Shown here one piece after another: positions 16,877 to 30,745 of a stretch of 56,486 nucleotides of DNA. Under the pieces are notes generated by a model. It did no database searches. It was not told the origin of the DNA and saw nothing but the letters and a program-made list of their open reading frames with translations. The position numbers and the translations under genes are program-made. This DNA is from Guillardia theta CCMP2712 (lineage: Eukaryota > Protista > Cryptophyta), in the NCBI RefSeq assembly GCF_000315625.1, contig NW_005434442.1, positions 1-56,486 on the forward strand, read 5' to 3'. Position 1 is the first letter of the stretch; every line of letters begins with the position of its first letter.

Positions 16877-19369
16877 ATGGTCACGAATATCCATTGTATA
16901 TATACCTTCAAGGTACCTACTGACTGAGTAGTACAGTGATCAGTTTAGAAGGAAACTTGATTGCTTTCAAGTTTTCTCATCACAACGTCTCAAAATCAGA
17001 CCGTAGTAAGGTTAAACCCGTAACCGCCGTGTACGGTAACGACTAGGACAGCTAATCCGACCAACCCTGCCATCATCCTGCCGATCATCGGATCGGGCTG
17101 CTGTCCGACGGTCCCGACCGTACTGCTGTCCCCCAACTTAAACTTAACTGATGAGGCGCCTCAACTTACTTATAAGTTAGGCACTGAGTAGTGTCAGTAC
17201 TGATTTTTAACTTAACTTTGAGTAAAGCCTGAAGTTTCCCCTCCCCCTCCCTCTCCCCTTTCCCTTCCTCCCTACTTGTGTCCCCACAACCCTCTCGCAA
17301 TCAACCCCTGCCCCATCCTGCCCTCCTGAAATCTCCAGCACTCGCGCTCAATGGTGGACCTTTACGTCCCGCCGATCCTACCGCCTCCTCGCAATCTGTT
17401 TCTCTCTTACTTATCTGAACCTGCTCGCGAGTTGAGAAATGCTCTAAATAGTGATAATGAGATGCCAGGGAGATGGGACGGTGAGAGTAGGGCGTTGAGG
17501 TCAATGGGAAGGAAGTCTCTTGTCTGACGGCGCTTGATCCTGCCATGGCAGGGGTTTCTCTTCAATGCATCGCGTTCTCTCGCATGGCTGATCATATGTA
17601 AATCAACGCGCTCATAAAATGGAGTGGGAGCATGGCTTCAGTCAATGCTCACTGACGCCCATTTCCCCTGGCCATGAAAGGTAACATGTTTTACCTGACT
17701 GCATGCTGCAAGGGGTGATGCTTGGCAGATATCCACTCGCTTTTTTTGGCTTCTGCATAGCTGTCGTACTCTTCTACACCTTGGGCATTAGAGCAAGCAT
17801 TGATACCTTCAGATTGCTTGTGGTGAAAGTCTTGAGTTGCTGGAGGAAAGATAGAATCGCTGAGAATGAACAGGCAAGGGCGACACATGAGAAGCAATGG
17901 GAGCAAACCATGCTGGTGGCTAGCGGTCAGATGTTTTGAAATGGGTGCTGTAAGTTGAAATGACGCAACCTGGACAGGACTCACTGCAGCATTTTCCTTC
18001 TTGCTTGCGGGAGCTTCGATACCGAGTAGACCTGTAAAGATGTACCAACTCATTCCTTGTGCGTCTGTCTGTTGGATTGATCGCACTCAGAAGGAGACAT
18101 GTCGCTTCGACCCTCCCGCGAGTCATCGTGATGTTTCCCAAACGCAAGGTTGAATTGTGACATGACACATCCTGATGACTGACTGTAAATGATGATGTGT
18201 ATGTAGGAAATACATCCTCAAATAGAAAAATTGGCCGAGAGTGATGCCGAAACAAGTTGAACAATATACTTGCATTGATCGATGTTGTCAGCTGCTTTGA
18301 TTGCACTACGCGACGGGAATCCGGATCTCAACATCTCTCTGTTTGTATTTGATGAGTGAGAAAAACTATTATTATCTCACATTTCCTCTCTTGATCGAAT
18401 TTTTAAGGCACGTTCCAAAACAAAGTTCAGATAGACGGCCTCTCTCCAAGGTGTGCTTCCCTAGATTGAATCTGTAGAAAGTTCTAATCGCGTGTGGCAA
18501 GACTGTGCGAATACGAAACATTATGATGTCACGAATTCGAATGGCAGAAGATTTTGACTACGTCATGTGGTAGAGATAGATATCACTTCGAGGAAGACCC
18601 TAAAGCTTTGCTGCAGGATCGACTCTGATCTCGTTTCTTATCCTCCAGATTTGCCCAGCAAGGTGCGTCGATTCGTTGATGCTATTTACTAATCTCAAGT
18701 CGGTGCAGTTGATACGATCGAACCCGCATGGAATGACTGCTCCTCTTGTGCTTCTGGGTCGCTTGAAAGTTTAGGAGAAACATACATCTTACCTGTGGCA
18801 GAGGAGCCGGGACCGTTGGGGACAGACCAGTTCTATGACACAACTGCCTTCGTGCTAGAGGTTGGTAGCTCCACGTTCTCCATCCAGTTGATTCTTCTAT
18901 CCAGAGCACCCTGCATCCTTCGAACCCCACACCCTATCTTGAGGGAAGAAATGTTGACAGGTAGCCATGAATTGCTGTTGATGTTTTATGAGCATACCTT
19001 GTGAATTCAGGTTGTATCCGTATGTTTTGAAAGGCAATGCTCCTTGTTCTAGACAGCTTTCTAATCTCTCAATAGTAGAGGTTTGTTGAATTGTGGAATG
19101 ATCATTCTAATGCTATGTCGTGTAGCGCTGCTCAAGCTATATCCCTTCTGACGTGGAATCGTTAGACGGGTGTTCCAATCTTTGTTAGTCTCGAGCATGG
19201 AATGAACAATGCGCTGTTGCCCGAACCGCAGGGTTGGAACGATCTACATAGTTGCTGCCGACATCTATTCTGAAGGAATGGTATTGTATGAAGATCACCC
19301 AGCTTTTACCGAGGTATTGTAAATTTTGCTTTGTGGTTTCTGTATCAATTTGCGCTCGAAGCATTTCTC

Positions 19370-21860
19370 AATTGCTGCACATGCTCGGAGGATGGGACGG
19401 CCAGTGCTCATGTACAATGGAGGTAAGACTCCCCGGCGCTGTCAGACTGCAGCTTATGATATGCAGCGGTTGCAAGACATGCGAATCTCCTTCTCTACGG
19501 AGAAACTTTCCATGACAACTCCAACGCGAAAACGCAATTTCGAAGCTTCAAACATGACGTGGTGATTGGTTTTGAACTGGAATGAAGAAGATAATGAATC
19601 AAAACAGCCCTCTGACCTGTCGGATCGATGGAAGAACAAAGTCACCTTAGCATACTGTGACAAAGTATGGATACACGTGTGGCTTTTGGTCTGTTTGCTG
19701 AACATTTACAGCTTGGACGCCTTCCAGATGAAGATGGATTGACGCACAACGTCGAGGTAGCTTGCTATGTTTGATTGTTGGGATCTAAAGCCTACTTTGC
19801 AGCTGTTCTATACAGGATGGACATCCAGAACCTCTGATTACGAAACTAAAGTGGAGGTTGTTTCTCCCTAGAGTTCCTTGTCTTCACTCACGCAGCATTT
19901 CCGTGCAGAATCAGATTCGACAGGTTTTAGAAACCAGTACAGAGGGAATATTGAAAAACCAGAAATGGAAAATGGAGCAAGGAATTCTTCTGCATTGAAC
20001 TGAAACTTATTTCCTCATATGATACTGAACTCAGGTGAGATCTCCGTAGCATTACTTGGAGAACCTTTCATGCATCGTTTGTTTTCTGTCGAAGTCAACT
20101 GCCTTTCTTCGTTGTGCCTGGTAATCTTCTTCCTGGTTTCTCCATGGTGCCAACACTTGTTCGAGGCTTTTCAAGAAAATTGGTGGGAGCGCCCGTGTAT
20201 TGTCATCCCATCGTCAAAGGTGATTATTTGGTTTCCTCATTGGACTTTCTCACAGATTCTCGCCTAATTCTCTTTGTTTCACTTGTGTAGGAGTGTTCAA
20301 CGAAGGACAGAGGGAAACGAACTGGACTCATTCATCCTTTGCTTGAGTTGGAGTTACAATCATCGGCCCCAAATGTCTCCGGGGAACAGAAGGAGATTGC
20401 TTGGGTAGCAGCCGGCACACACTTGCTAGGTTACTTCACGTGCGTTTTCCAGGTTTGTCTTACCAGGTTTGTCAAGGTACCACACAAGCCGTTATTGACA
20501 AGTCAAACCGAGGTACTCCTTTTTTCCTATGCAGCCTTTTATGATAGCTTGTTGGCAGAATCTGTCGCATCCTTTGGGGCAAACTTGACTGATTTAGCTA
20601 TAGATAAGCCAGGTGATTCATATTTGGCAATCACCGTCACTGAACAGTGTTGGTTCATTGTACGGAAAAAGGAATTTACCGATTTAGAGCATGGTTTCAA
20701 TACGATCATCAGTTGGTGGAGGGGTACTCTCATACGTTCTTAGTCGCAAACAGAATGCAGCATTTCATCGGCAAGCAACTATGGAAGAAAGAACAGTGCC
20801 CGTGCATTCACGAGGAATGTGTGGTCGTCTTCTCTCATAGTCGACGTCATTCTCCAGCCAGCGAAGAGCAGGCATGCTGTCGCAAAGCCACGTTGAGACT
20901 GAAACATGTCTTCAGCTGTTGGACTCCGTCCGTCAGGCGAAGAAGTTATACGGTCCAACCTGGCGCATCCACGTGTATCTTGATGAAAGTTCGTCGACGA
21001 CTACGAAGGATGAGGTGATGGAATGTTCAACCCTCATGGAATAAAGGAAGTTGAGCACAGATTTACTCTCTTGGAGGCGAAATATTGTCAGCAGGACATC
21101 TTCAAGACTACGGAGAGATGACTTGGGCTTTCTGGCCCTTCCTAGAATTCGGTCGTTTTTGAAGATGTAAAGCTCCAGTTGAACTGAATGTTCACAGGCA
21201 CGAAGGGAGACAGCAAGAGGAGGAGAATCATTGTTCGTGAGGCCGGGTATATTGTGGTTCTTCCGCTCATAGTGCTAATCTGCTTCTGCAGACATGATGT
21301 GATTCAGCGAGAGGTCGATGCGGTATGATATAACTGGAGCATGTGGACACGACATTGACGACCCGAGGCTCTAGGTGAAGCATTGGATCATGTCCGGCAA
21401 ACAACTTCACTCCATGCGCGACTCGGTTCTTCATTCTCGACCCTTCAACTCTAGGCTGTGGGGCTGCATAGCGCCATGTGAGATTCAAGGAAGTCCTATA
21501 GTGGAGGTGCGCATGATGTCTATAGATTGAAATGGTCTGAATGGATCGAAACGGGCGAGCAGGTGGTCAAAGACTTCTTGGAAAAGCATCAGGCCCATGT
21601 TCGGACGGACGAGTGGTTCGGGAGCACAGTGATGCTGCCTTATTTCACTTGGAACAATGACAAGGTGAAGAATGTCGTCAAGTCACAATGCGCTCACCAG
21701 CCCCGCAGCTGACCCATGATTCGCTTTTCTGCATGGACTGGCAAGATTCACTTCCCTTCCCTACGGAGAGAAATGGGATTGAATTCGCCGGACAGGTCGG
21801 GTAGTTGATACTCTTTCCAAGCTTACGTGCTCTCAGCCTTCCCTGTCCTGGTATGGCGGC
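19370..21860 (+). CDS. Multi-exon host hypothetical protein (boundaries approximate)
   Basis: Series of short + strand ORF pieces separated by GT..AG introns (e.g. VRTDEWFGSTVMLPYFTWNNDK, WQDSLPFPTERNGIEFAGQ). No family recognised. Confidence 0.35.
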
Positions 21861-22056
21861 AACGAGGAGCTTGCGATGAAGATGCATCGGGGCGAATGGT
21901 TGTGCAGTAGCAGCCCCTACCGATGCCGAGGAAGCAGCTCTTGGCGACGAGGGTAGAAGGGCGGAGGACTGTGACAGAAGGAACAAGGGCGGCGGTGGAG
22001 GGAGGCGTAGGTGTACATAGTTGAGTTCATCTTGTCTGTTTATTGCTAGTGAAGTG

Positions 22057-23067
22057 TCAATGCAGCAGCTGATTTGCCTCTCCTTGCACGTTCTTGATGC
22101 TCTCTAGGTTGCGTGAAATGGGGTCGACCCCCTCCACGCCAAGCAGCTTCTTCTCTCGCAGCTGCGATCTTGCCAGCTCTCGGATGTCGTCCTCCATCTC
22201 TCGCTCAGCGATCACTTGATGCTTCTTTAGTCGCTTCAGCAGCGGCTCCTGGGCTGCCGCTGCTGGTTCCCCAGAAGCTTTCTCCTCCATTCTTCGCTTC
22301 TTGATCGTATCATCTAAGAGGCTGTGAGCCGTCATAACCATCGCGTCAGCCTCCTCGCCCTCCTTCCTAGCCTTGACACCGAGCTCTTGGATCTTGTGAC
22401 GCAGCGCGTCTGCCTGCTTCACTTCATTCTCTGCATCTACAATCGCGTTGACAGCCATGATCTTGTCCTGCTGCGCTCTTGCTCCCATCAGAGAGGCAAG
22501 CTCATGGTCAAGGTCCACTTGTTGCTGGATGCTGTCCTCCTTCCCCTTGGCAATACGGTAGCTCGTGTATTTCTCGAGCTCCTTATTAGACAAATCTGTC
22601 GCTGACGCCTTGAGTTGACGGGCAAGCTCCTGCTGATAGCGCAACCGCCGACTGATCTTATGATGCAAACGCATGAGCTTAGCTCGCTTTGCTTTCTCCC
22701 TGTCCAAGTTCAAAGCGATCATCTTGATCGCCCTGTCCACCTGCACGCGCTCTGCTGCATCGAGAAATTCCTGAGGAAACAACTTGTTCTTGTTGGCTTG
22801 TGCTTGCAAACTTGTCTGCACGAGCATAGCCCGATGAGAGCCTGTCAGCATCCGTCAGGCATAACGGGCAACAGCGCGATCATCTTGTCAGCCCATGCGT
22901 TACCAGAGACCGAAGTTCGAGCGACGAGGACACACAAGACGATGGCGAGCACCTGTCGCACCAGTCATTCCCTCTCACCATCACACTCACACGAGCCTTA
23001 CCGAAGCCCCAGCAGCCTTGACGGTCGATAATTCTGACCGTCTCCAACGGCTGAGCAGGGAGTCCAT
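22057..23067 (-). CDS. Coiled-coil protein with N-terminal hydrophobic segment (spliced)
   Basis: Long terminal exon 22057-~22840. Upstream exons read MDSLLSRWRRSELSTVKAAGAS|VLAIVLCVLVARTSVS via two short GT-AG introns. Confidence 0.6.
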
Positions 23068-23496
23068 TCCTTAAAGAATTCCAGCAGTCAGAAGCACTCG
23101 GTTACCATCATTTTTCAGCGGCCTCGTTCACAAGCCCCCAAGTTCTTCTAAAGTCTCTCTCATGTCTTCAGGACAATCATTTCAATGAGAGCCTGTAAGA
23201 CCCTCTGCTAAAATGTTGCTGAGACAAAATCTTTCCTTATTCCCCTTGGCCACTTTCGCGCCTTTCCTTTTGTTCCCCCCACTCTCTCGCTCCCTCGCCC
23301 TCTTCCTCTGCCTTCCCACCCTTCTCTCTTCTCTGTGCCCTATCTCTGTATCCTCTGACCCTCATCCTGCTGGCCACACCATCTCCCGCCTCCCTCTCCC
23401 CATGTGTTGTGCTGCCATTTTGGCGTCCCTTCGCACCAGTACTGCAATTGCGGTATGTAACGAAAATTAACGTGCGATACAGGGGAGCAGTCGCAA

Positions 23497-26400
23497 TGGA
23501 GGAATCGCGGCAGGTTGATGCACGCAGAATCGAGATGGAAGCGGAGAGGAAGGGCGAGGAAAAAGACGAAGAGAAGCAGCAAAATGTTACGACGAGGACA
23601 AGCGTATCTTTTTAGGTGAATCATGGCTGCAGATGCTTGCGGGCGATGCTGGTTCCATCCAGCAGCTCAAGGAGCTTCGAGTTGCTATGGTCGGATGTGG
23701 ATGGTTTGCGAGGAAAGCTCACATACCAGCGCTCCTGCGAGCAGAAGAATCGTCCATGAACGTGAGCATATCACGAGCTAGACTCGTTGTATCTCAACAT
23801 CTGCAGGTTCTCGGAGTCAAAATTCGCCTAGTAGCGTTATGTAGCAGGACAAATGCCTCGATTGAGCAGGCCAAGCGGCGACTGGGTCGAGGAAGAGCAA
23901 GGTAAGCCCGCGGCTCGCAGACAATGACAATGACGAGAGTTTGCAGCAGCATCGCCAGCTTTACGAGCATCGACGATCTTCTCGGCGGGTGCGAGTTCGA
24001 CGTATAAGCAAGATTTGTGGGAGACTGTGACTGAGGGGGCGGCAGATTGCTGACCTTGCGCTTCCAATCCCGGACATGGCGAATGCTGTGAGTGAATACC
24101 GGCATCGATGTGTTCTCTTCACAATCTACATTCTTAGGTTTCAAAATGTTTGAACGCCGGGAAAATTGTGATTTCGGAGAAACCTGCAGCTGGGTCGTTA
24201 CAGCAGGTAGAAAATACTTGCGTATAGACGGTCAGTGAACTATGCTCAGCTATCGAGGGTCTGGAAAAGCTTCCTTCAAAAGGTAGGGGATGAAACCTGT
24301 CACAGCATGTCGCCATGGGAATGAAGTACGCGTTAGAGCACAGGATGCACGTGGAACGTCCTTGAGAACTGGAGTTGCAAACCGGTCGTGATGAAAATTA
24401 AGGATCTCTTGAATGTCTGCGTGCCTGGTAGCCTAGAAGCCGGAACTGATACAAGTACAGAGTTGCTGTCTTGGCAGGGTGACAAGCTACAAGCTGATAT
24501 TCCATCAGATTCTCGCTCCACCGAGGTGTTTCAAGTCCACGGTCTTGTTTGTGAAGATCATTCTGTTGTCAAGCTTGACAGGGTGGAGGGGCGAGTATCT
24601 GCACAACAACGAGAAAGAGGAGGATGAAGATGGAGGATGGGTCCTTGATGTTGGAGTGCATTTCGTATATATTTTGCATCGACAGGCCTGTGCACTGATG
24701 ATTGTTCAGGTAAGGTCTCTCCGAGTGTTGTTTGGCCACATTTCCTCCGTGACCTCCTCGCATGAACGTTGTCTTTGCAATTGCGCAACTATCGTTTTGT
24801 CTTATGAGATTGATCATGCAGATGAAGCTCTACGGTCTGAACGAGATCTTGAGGAGTCTCAAGCTAAACTTCATCATGAAAATGGGTTAACTGGTCTCAT
24901 CAGCATCAAATTTCTTGCATCACATGATAGAGAAGGAGTTCCTTTCAAAGATGACCAGGAGTATTCCAGCACAGATAATACCTGCTCTAATGGATTATCA
25001 ATTGAAACAGAGAAGGGCTCTTTGATATGGGAATTCGAAAGCAATCGCCTGCAATTCGATTTGCTATCCAGTGACCTAAACCGAGAGCCTTTGGAATCAA
25101 CAACATTCAAACTGAATGCAAAGGACTCATGGATCAGTGGAGGAGTACAAGAGGCCATGTGGTCAGCGTTGAGAGATTGTGCCAAGGTAGCCATGGTGAC
25201 GACCAGTCGATTGTGAGGGGATGACGAGATTGTGAAGGCGAAGGAGCGAGGTGTAAAGATTGAAACGTCAGCAACAACCTCACCAGACGAGGCCCTCTAT
25301 GATGCTGCAGTCGTATGGAGCATCAAGCGACTCCAGCGTAACTCAGGGAAACAGACGCGGGAAAGTGAAAACATGATGCGTCAAAAGCTTGTTGAAGACG
25401 TGTGCGATGTTGTCGCTGATATCCTCAGCAGAGAAGATCATCCAGCACGATTAAATCTGCCAAACTGCTGCCCGCTGCTGCCAAGAACAACTTTGACAAG
25501 CGCTAGCGGGACAAGACAGTGTTCTCCCTTGTTTGTTTATCGGTTTACAAATGTTGAAGACATGCAAAAGTTGTTTCAGTGTTCAAAGCTCCATAGCTTT
25601 CTGATCTATTTGCAGAATTATGAGGACAACACATGGTAAGAAACATGAACAGAGCGTCTCATGCCCTATGGTGGATTTTAATGTAAGGAAGTCTGTGAAA
25701 TCATAAATCGTAGATCTTGACATACTTGCTGTTCAGGTGAATTTGAATACTTCTGGAGTGGTACCTGTAGGTGCTGATCACAGCTGGAGTAGGTAACTGT
25801 GCCATGCTCCCATTTCCTAGTATGCTGTCACTTCTCTCGTTGTTCTGCCACATCTCTTCGCTCTGATTCTCATTCTCTTCTTGCATCAGGTGGGCTGAGA
25901 CATCTTTTCTGCGAGTGGACATGAAGTCTTATAACCGCATCCTCGGAATTTCAACTCTCCCGGTGGAATCGATGGTTCTCTGACTGAAGGTCTGACTTCT
26001 CCTTCAAGGATGGCAGTCAAGCTGTGCATGTCCAGGCCGGCTGCCTCCTGCGGTCCCTCATCTCTGCGCTTTCCTACCATGACCTCTGCATCCCCTCTGT
26101 ACCTGTAAGAGAACCTGTGTCTTCGTCTCGTCTAGATGCTCCTAGCTGTGTCTTCGTCTCGTCTAGATGCTCCTAGCTGTGTCTTCGTCTGCATTGGATG
26201 CTCCATGTTTACTGCATTCAGTGGCTGCTGTTTTCCTTTCCCTTGTTTCTGTCATTGAGAATGTGCATGCGATGATCTGTTGCTGCCATTCGAGATCCTG
26301 TTGGACCAAACGATTGGCGGGATGATCTCGACAGGGTCGCATGGAAGTAGCTTACGATATGGCACAACCTCAGAGCTTGTCAAGGTAATTGAACAAGCGA

Positions 26401-27687
26401 ATCAGTCGAGGAGTTGGGGGATAGTGTTCGAAGGACATGAGAGGCTTGGACGTGAGACATGATACCAGGGTCTCAAGATGATTCTGCCAAACGGTGAACT
26501 GAAGACCTTGGGATGTTGTCAGCCCCAGCAGCAGTCAAGCTCTGAAGCGCTCAGGGACCAGGAGGTGGATGACGAGAGTCTTTTCAGAGCTGCTAGGATG
26601 AGTCTGGGCCAGCTGGGAATAATAACAGAGGTAAACTTTCTCAAATTCTTAAGTAAGTTCGTGAGGTTGTTGATGTTACAGGTGGTCTTGCGTGTTGAAC
26701 GTGTCTATCATGTGGAGCAGGAAGTGATTTCTCTCTCCATAGGTGAGCCTACGTCTCAGTTGTGAAAATCCGTGAAAGAGTTGTTCATTCGATGATGGGC
26801 AGAAAACTTCTGCGAGTTAGCTTGCGAGGAAGGGAGAGGGCTACATGCCAGCTACGAGCACGTTTGGGGGCACATGCGGTTAGGAGGAGGAGAAGTCACT
26901 GTGGTCGGATTGAGGAGGAAGGAGGGAGAAGACGCAAGTCAGCAAGTAGCCAAGGAACCGTGTCAGCCTCAACCTGATGCGAGAGGAGATCACCCTGCTG
27001 ACTCACAAGACTACCCCCTCCCCGACCAAGTTCTCCTCCACCGTCTCGAGTCAGACCATCTCCCTCGATTCTGGAAGAGCGACCGGTACCACGGCAAGAA
27101 TTGGTTTCCATTCCCCCCGCCGCAGAAAGTCGCTGGCCAAGAGCAAGAGGATGACTTCGGGTCGGGGAAGCACCTCTCCTTGCAGTACAACTTTCCGTTG
27201 AATAGGTTGCGAGAGATCGTGACGACTCTCCTGGAGGCCTCCATGTTCCGCCATGACATGCCAACAAGGGATTACCTCGGTAGGATCGTGGAGATAAAAT
27301 TTATCGGAAAAGAGAAAAACCCTGCGATGTTGGGAGCGAGCGAAGCGTTATGCTGCTTCAACATCTATTGGAAGAGGTAAGTACCGTCTGTCCTCTTCTT
27401 CTATTGACGACAACAAAGCGAAGATGCTAGCCAGGCGGCTGACAGACTGGAGGAGTTTTTCCGGGACCAAGGTGATGGATACAAGTCAGAAGCAATTGAA
27501 TGATTGTGATGCGCCAACAGGCGGTCTTCCACACTTGGGAAAGTTTTTCAAGGAGGAAACGTTCGATCGGACAAGGATGCAACACGCAGTAAGAATCATG
27601 TTCGTATGATGCTATGCAGCTTAGCCTCTTGTCAGGATCAATTTCTATTCATCGCAAACTTGTTGCATCAAAGTGACTCAAAATAAT
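23497..27687 (+). CDS. Gfo/Idh/MocA NAD(P) oxidoreductase apparently fused to FAD-linked aldonolactone oxidase (GULO/ALO-like)
   Basis: RVAMVGCGWFARKAHIPAL, ISEKP, VLENW, WRG..GGWVLDVGVHF. Then QTIGGMISTGSHGS, ARMSLGQLGIITEV, GGLPHLGK. Many short introns; ends approximate. Confidence 0.65.
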
Positions 27688-27746
27688 GAAATCAAAGCTC
27701 TCCGAAGCGTTTTGAGCCGTCGAAAATCCACCTTCTGCTTTCTCCT

Positions 27747-29148
27747 CTAGATTCCCAGCTCTTTCTCAAAGTCTTCGTCGTCAAGGTCATCTATCGGCTT
27801 CGCATCGCTTGCCTTCGACTTGTCTGAAGGTCCGACGTCGATTCCCTCAAGCTCTTTCGCCATCTCCTCTTCCCATGAGAGACCAGAGTCAGTCTTGGTA
27901 GCCGAGGTCCCCGCGCTTGTGGCCGGCTTGTTGACCTAGCGAGCTGAATGAGGCAAGCCAACAAAAGGAAGGGCAAGCAGAAAGAAGAAAGGTGGAGACA
28001 AGGACAGGGAGCAGGAGATCAAGAAAGCTGGCCCTCAGTTCGTCGTGAACATGGGACAGGACAGGATCGATGATAGGAAACAAACCGGCTCGTCACTGAC
28101 GAATTCTGCTCCTTCGAAGTCGAGATTATCTGTGGGATCAGGGTACCTGGTGCTACAACGAGATCAGAGCTCGGGAGGTTCGCAAAAAAATTGTTTACGT
28201 GCTCGACGTGTTCTCGCGGGTCCTCTTGCTCTCGACGCACATCTTCAAGTATGATTGCACGATCATCTCACACTTGTAAAAGTAGCTCCTCCAGAAGCTG
28301 TGTAAGGGGAAACTGTCAAGTCCTGAACATCTTGATACAGGTGCAAAGTCAGCACGGATCATATCACTCACTCTTCTTCCTTGATCTTGCTAGGCACAAG
28401 CTTGTGTCGGGCTTTCTGCAACAGCAACACTCATCATCAAAATCATCCAAGAACCTAAGCTCAACCACCTTGAGGTTTGCATCAGCCTCCAACGCAGCCA
28501 TCGCCCGTTTAGTGCATGAGGGTTCCAAGAAGTCGAAGGTCTTAGATACGGCACAGCAAAGACGCCATGTCACACGAGGAGGAGGAGGAGAGGAAAGCTC
28601 ACAAAGTCGTCATCAGGAACTCGCTCCTTCAACCTCGCCTTCACTTCCTCGTCGCTTCCCTGCAAAACTTCTTTCAACATGCCTGTGAGATCCAAAGGCG
28701 CTCTCAACCTCTGTGATCTTCAGCATGCTTGCTTTCATGTCGGCTTCGAATGGCTGAAGCTCCGCGTCAGAGGCAGACGTGCATGCTTCCTTGTCTCACC
28801 TTTAACCCCAAGTGAGATGTGACCCACGGAGCTCCGATCTTGTCGAACGAGACGTCCCCTTCACTTCCACTCTTGGCTTCTGCAGTACAACATGGAACGT
28901 GACGGCAGGAAACGACAAGACAAATATTTCAGTGAACCTGCTGTCTTCTTGTTGAATGATTCTTCCAAGGAGCTGCCAAACTGAGAAAACAAGGTCTTCG
29001 TCTCATTCGCAACCGATGCAACAGGTGCTAGTTTCTCCACCACTCCAGCCTCCTGTGACAACGAGTCACCACAAACAGTCACGCTGGTCCCATCAGTAAC
29101 CTGTAGCGAAGCCTGTGCTTTTGCGGCAGCATTCTTAAGCCATTCCAT
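27747..29148 (-). CDS. BSD-domain protein (spliced)
   Basis: MEWLKNAAAKA start; LEADANLK..LRF..VPSKIKEEE..FWRSYFYK BSD signature; acidic end DDLDDEDFEKELGI*. Confidence 0.65.
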
Positions 29149-29611
29149 GTCGAATACCTGCTTAGAGAGTGAGACTGGGCGAAAAGAAAGACAAACTGAG
29201 ATGAATCTGTCTCGTCTGTCTCCAAGTGCCGCGCACTCTCGTTCTAACTTTGAGGCATGCAATCTACCTGCTAACACCATCGCCTCTACCTCGCCTCTGC
29301 CTCGCTCCCCCCATCCCCTCTGTCGTCCTCGACCCCCCCTCCCATCCCTCCTCCCATGCCCCCGCAAGAAGCGGTGTAGCTCGAGGGGTTGGCGAGGCGA
29401 TGGAAGGGGGTACCTCCGGCCAGAGTTACTGATAGGGTGATATGCATAAGGGGTAGGGTGTCTCAGGGAAATGGGAAAGCAAGGGGTACTTGAAGTAAAG
29501 GAAAGGTTAATATGTAAGGGTAGGGTAGGGTTATCAAAATGAGTATCAGAACACCTGGTAGGGTAGGGTACATCAGGTGGACATCGCAAAGTGCAAAACA
29601 GCAAAAAGCGC

Positions 29612-29808
29612 GATGATGCCGATATACAGCCATCATCCCGATATACAGCCATCATCCCGATATACAGCCATCATGCCGATATACAGCCATCATCCCGATA
29701 TACAGCCATCATCCCGATATACAGCCATCATCCCGATATACAGCCATCATCCCGATATACAGCCATCATCCCGATATACAGCCATCATGCCGACATACAG
29801 CCATCATG
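29612..29808. repeat. 19-bp minisatellite (GATATACAGCCATCATCCC), ~10 units
   Basis: Direct reading. Confidence 0.92.
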
Positions 29809-29826
29809 CTTGAGATATACAAGGAC

Positions 29827-30120
29827 ATCTCAACCATCTCTCTATCACCTCAACCATCTCTCTATCACCACAACCATCTCTCTATCACCTCAACCATCTC
29901 TCTATCATCTCAACCATCTCTCTATCACCTCAACCATCTCTCTATCATCTCAACCATCTCTCTATCACCTCAACCATCTCTCTATCATCTCAACCATCTC
30001 TCTATCACCTCAACCATCTCTCTATCATCTCAACCATCTCTCTATCATCTCAACCATCACTCTATCATCTCAACCATCTCTCTATCACCTCAACCATCTC
30101 CCTATCATCTCAACCATCTC
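29827..30120. repeat. 20-bp minisatellite (TCAACCATCTCTCTATCAYC), ~14 units
   Basis: Direct reading. Confidence 0.92.
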
Positions 30121-30329
30121 GCTTTCTTCTCCTCCATCTCTATCAGCAGCTAATGACATCAACAACCGATTTATTTCACCAATTAAATGTATGTATTTCA
30201 CGCCAACCCAATTTCAGTTTTATGGGGTAGTAGTCCGAATTAGACAATTTAGGGTGTAGGGTAGCGAAGAGCTGAAATAGAAATGCTGAGAGAACAGGGA
30301 CCAGGATGGATGGAAAGCAAAATAGGAAG

Positions 30330-30745
30330 GGAGAGGAGAGGGAAGAGGGAGAGAGGTACAGATAGAGGAAAGAAGGCAGGGAGAGAGGGAGAGAGGTATA
30401 GGTAGAGGAAAGAAGGCAGAGAGAGGGAGAGAGGGAGAAAAGTACAGATAGAGGAAAGAAGGGAGGGAGAGAGGGAGAGAGGTACAGGTAGAGGAAAGAA
30501 GGCAGTCAGAGGGAGAGAGGTACAGGTAGAGGAAAGAAGGCAGTCAGAGGGAGAGAGGTACAGGTAGAGGAAAGAAGAGAGGGAGAGGGAGAGAGGTATA
30601 GGTAGAGGAAAGAAGGCAGGGAGAGGGAGAGAGGGAGAAAAGTACAGATAGAGGAAAGAAGGGAGGGAGAGAGGTATAGGTAGAGGAAAGAAGGGAGGGA
30701 GAGAGGGAGAAAAGTACAGGTAGAGGAAAGAAGGGAGGCAGAGAA
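30330..30745. repeat. Purine-rich degenerate minisatellite (GAGAGGTACAGGTAGAGGAAAGAAGG)
   Basis: Direct reading. Confidence 0.85.

Larger units (their letters stand above)
3666..16880. mobile_element. Endogenous dsDNA virus-like island (NCLDV/virophage/Polinton-like gene set), truncated or capped by telomere
   Basis: Compact intronless ORFs and AT-rich intergenic DNA unlike the host region. Contains BRO-N/T5orf172 genes, a TVpol-D5 helicase, an Mre11-Rad50 fusion and private intergenic repeats. The right boundary is approximate. Confidence 0.8.

Noticed and set aside
3666-16880. Canonical Polinton/Maverick, or bacterial contaminant
   Set aside because: No pPolB, RVE integrase, capsid or packaging ATPase motifs and no TIR pair seen. 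No Shine-Dalgarno or operon pattern, and the block is contiguous with telomere and host genes.
29577-30259. Repeat-protein ORFs
   Set aside because: Open frames arise from stop-free minisatellites.
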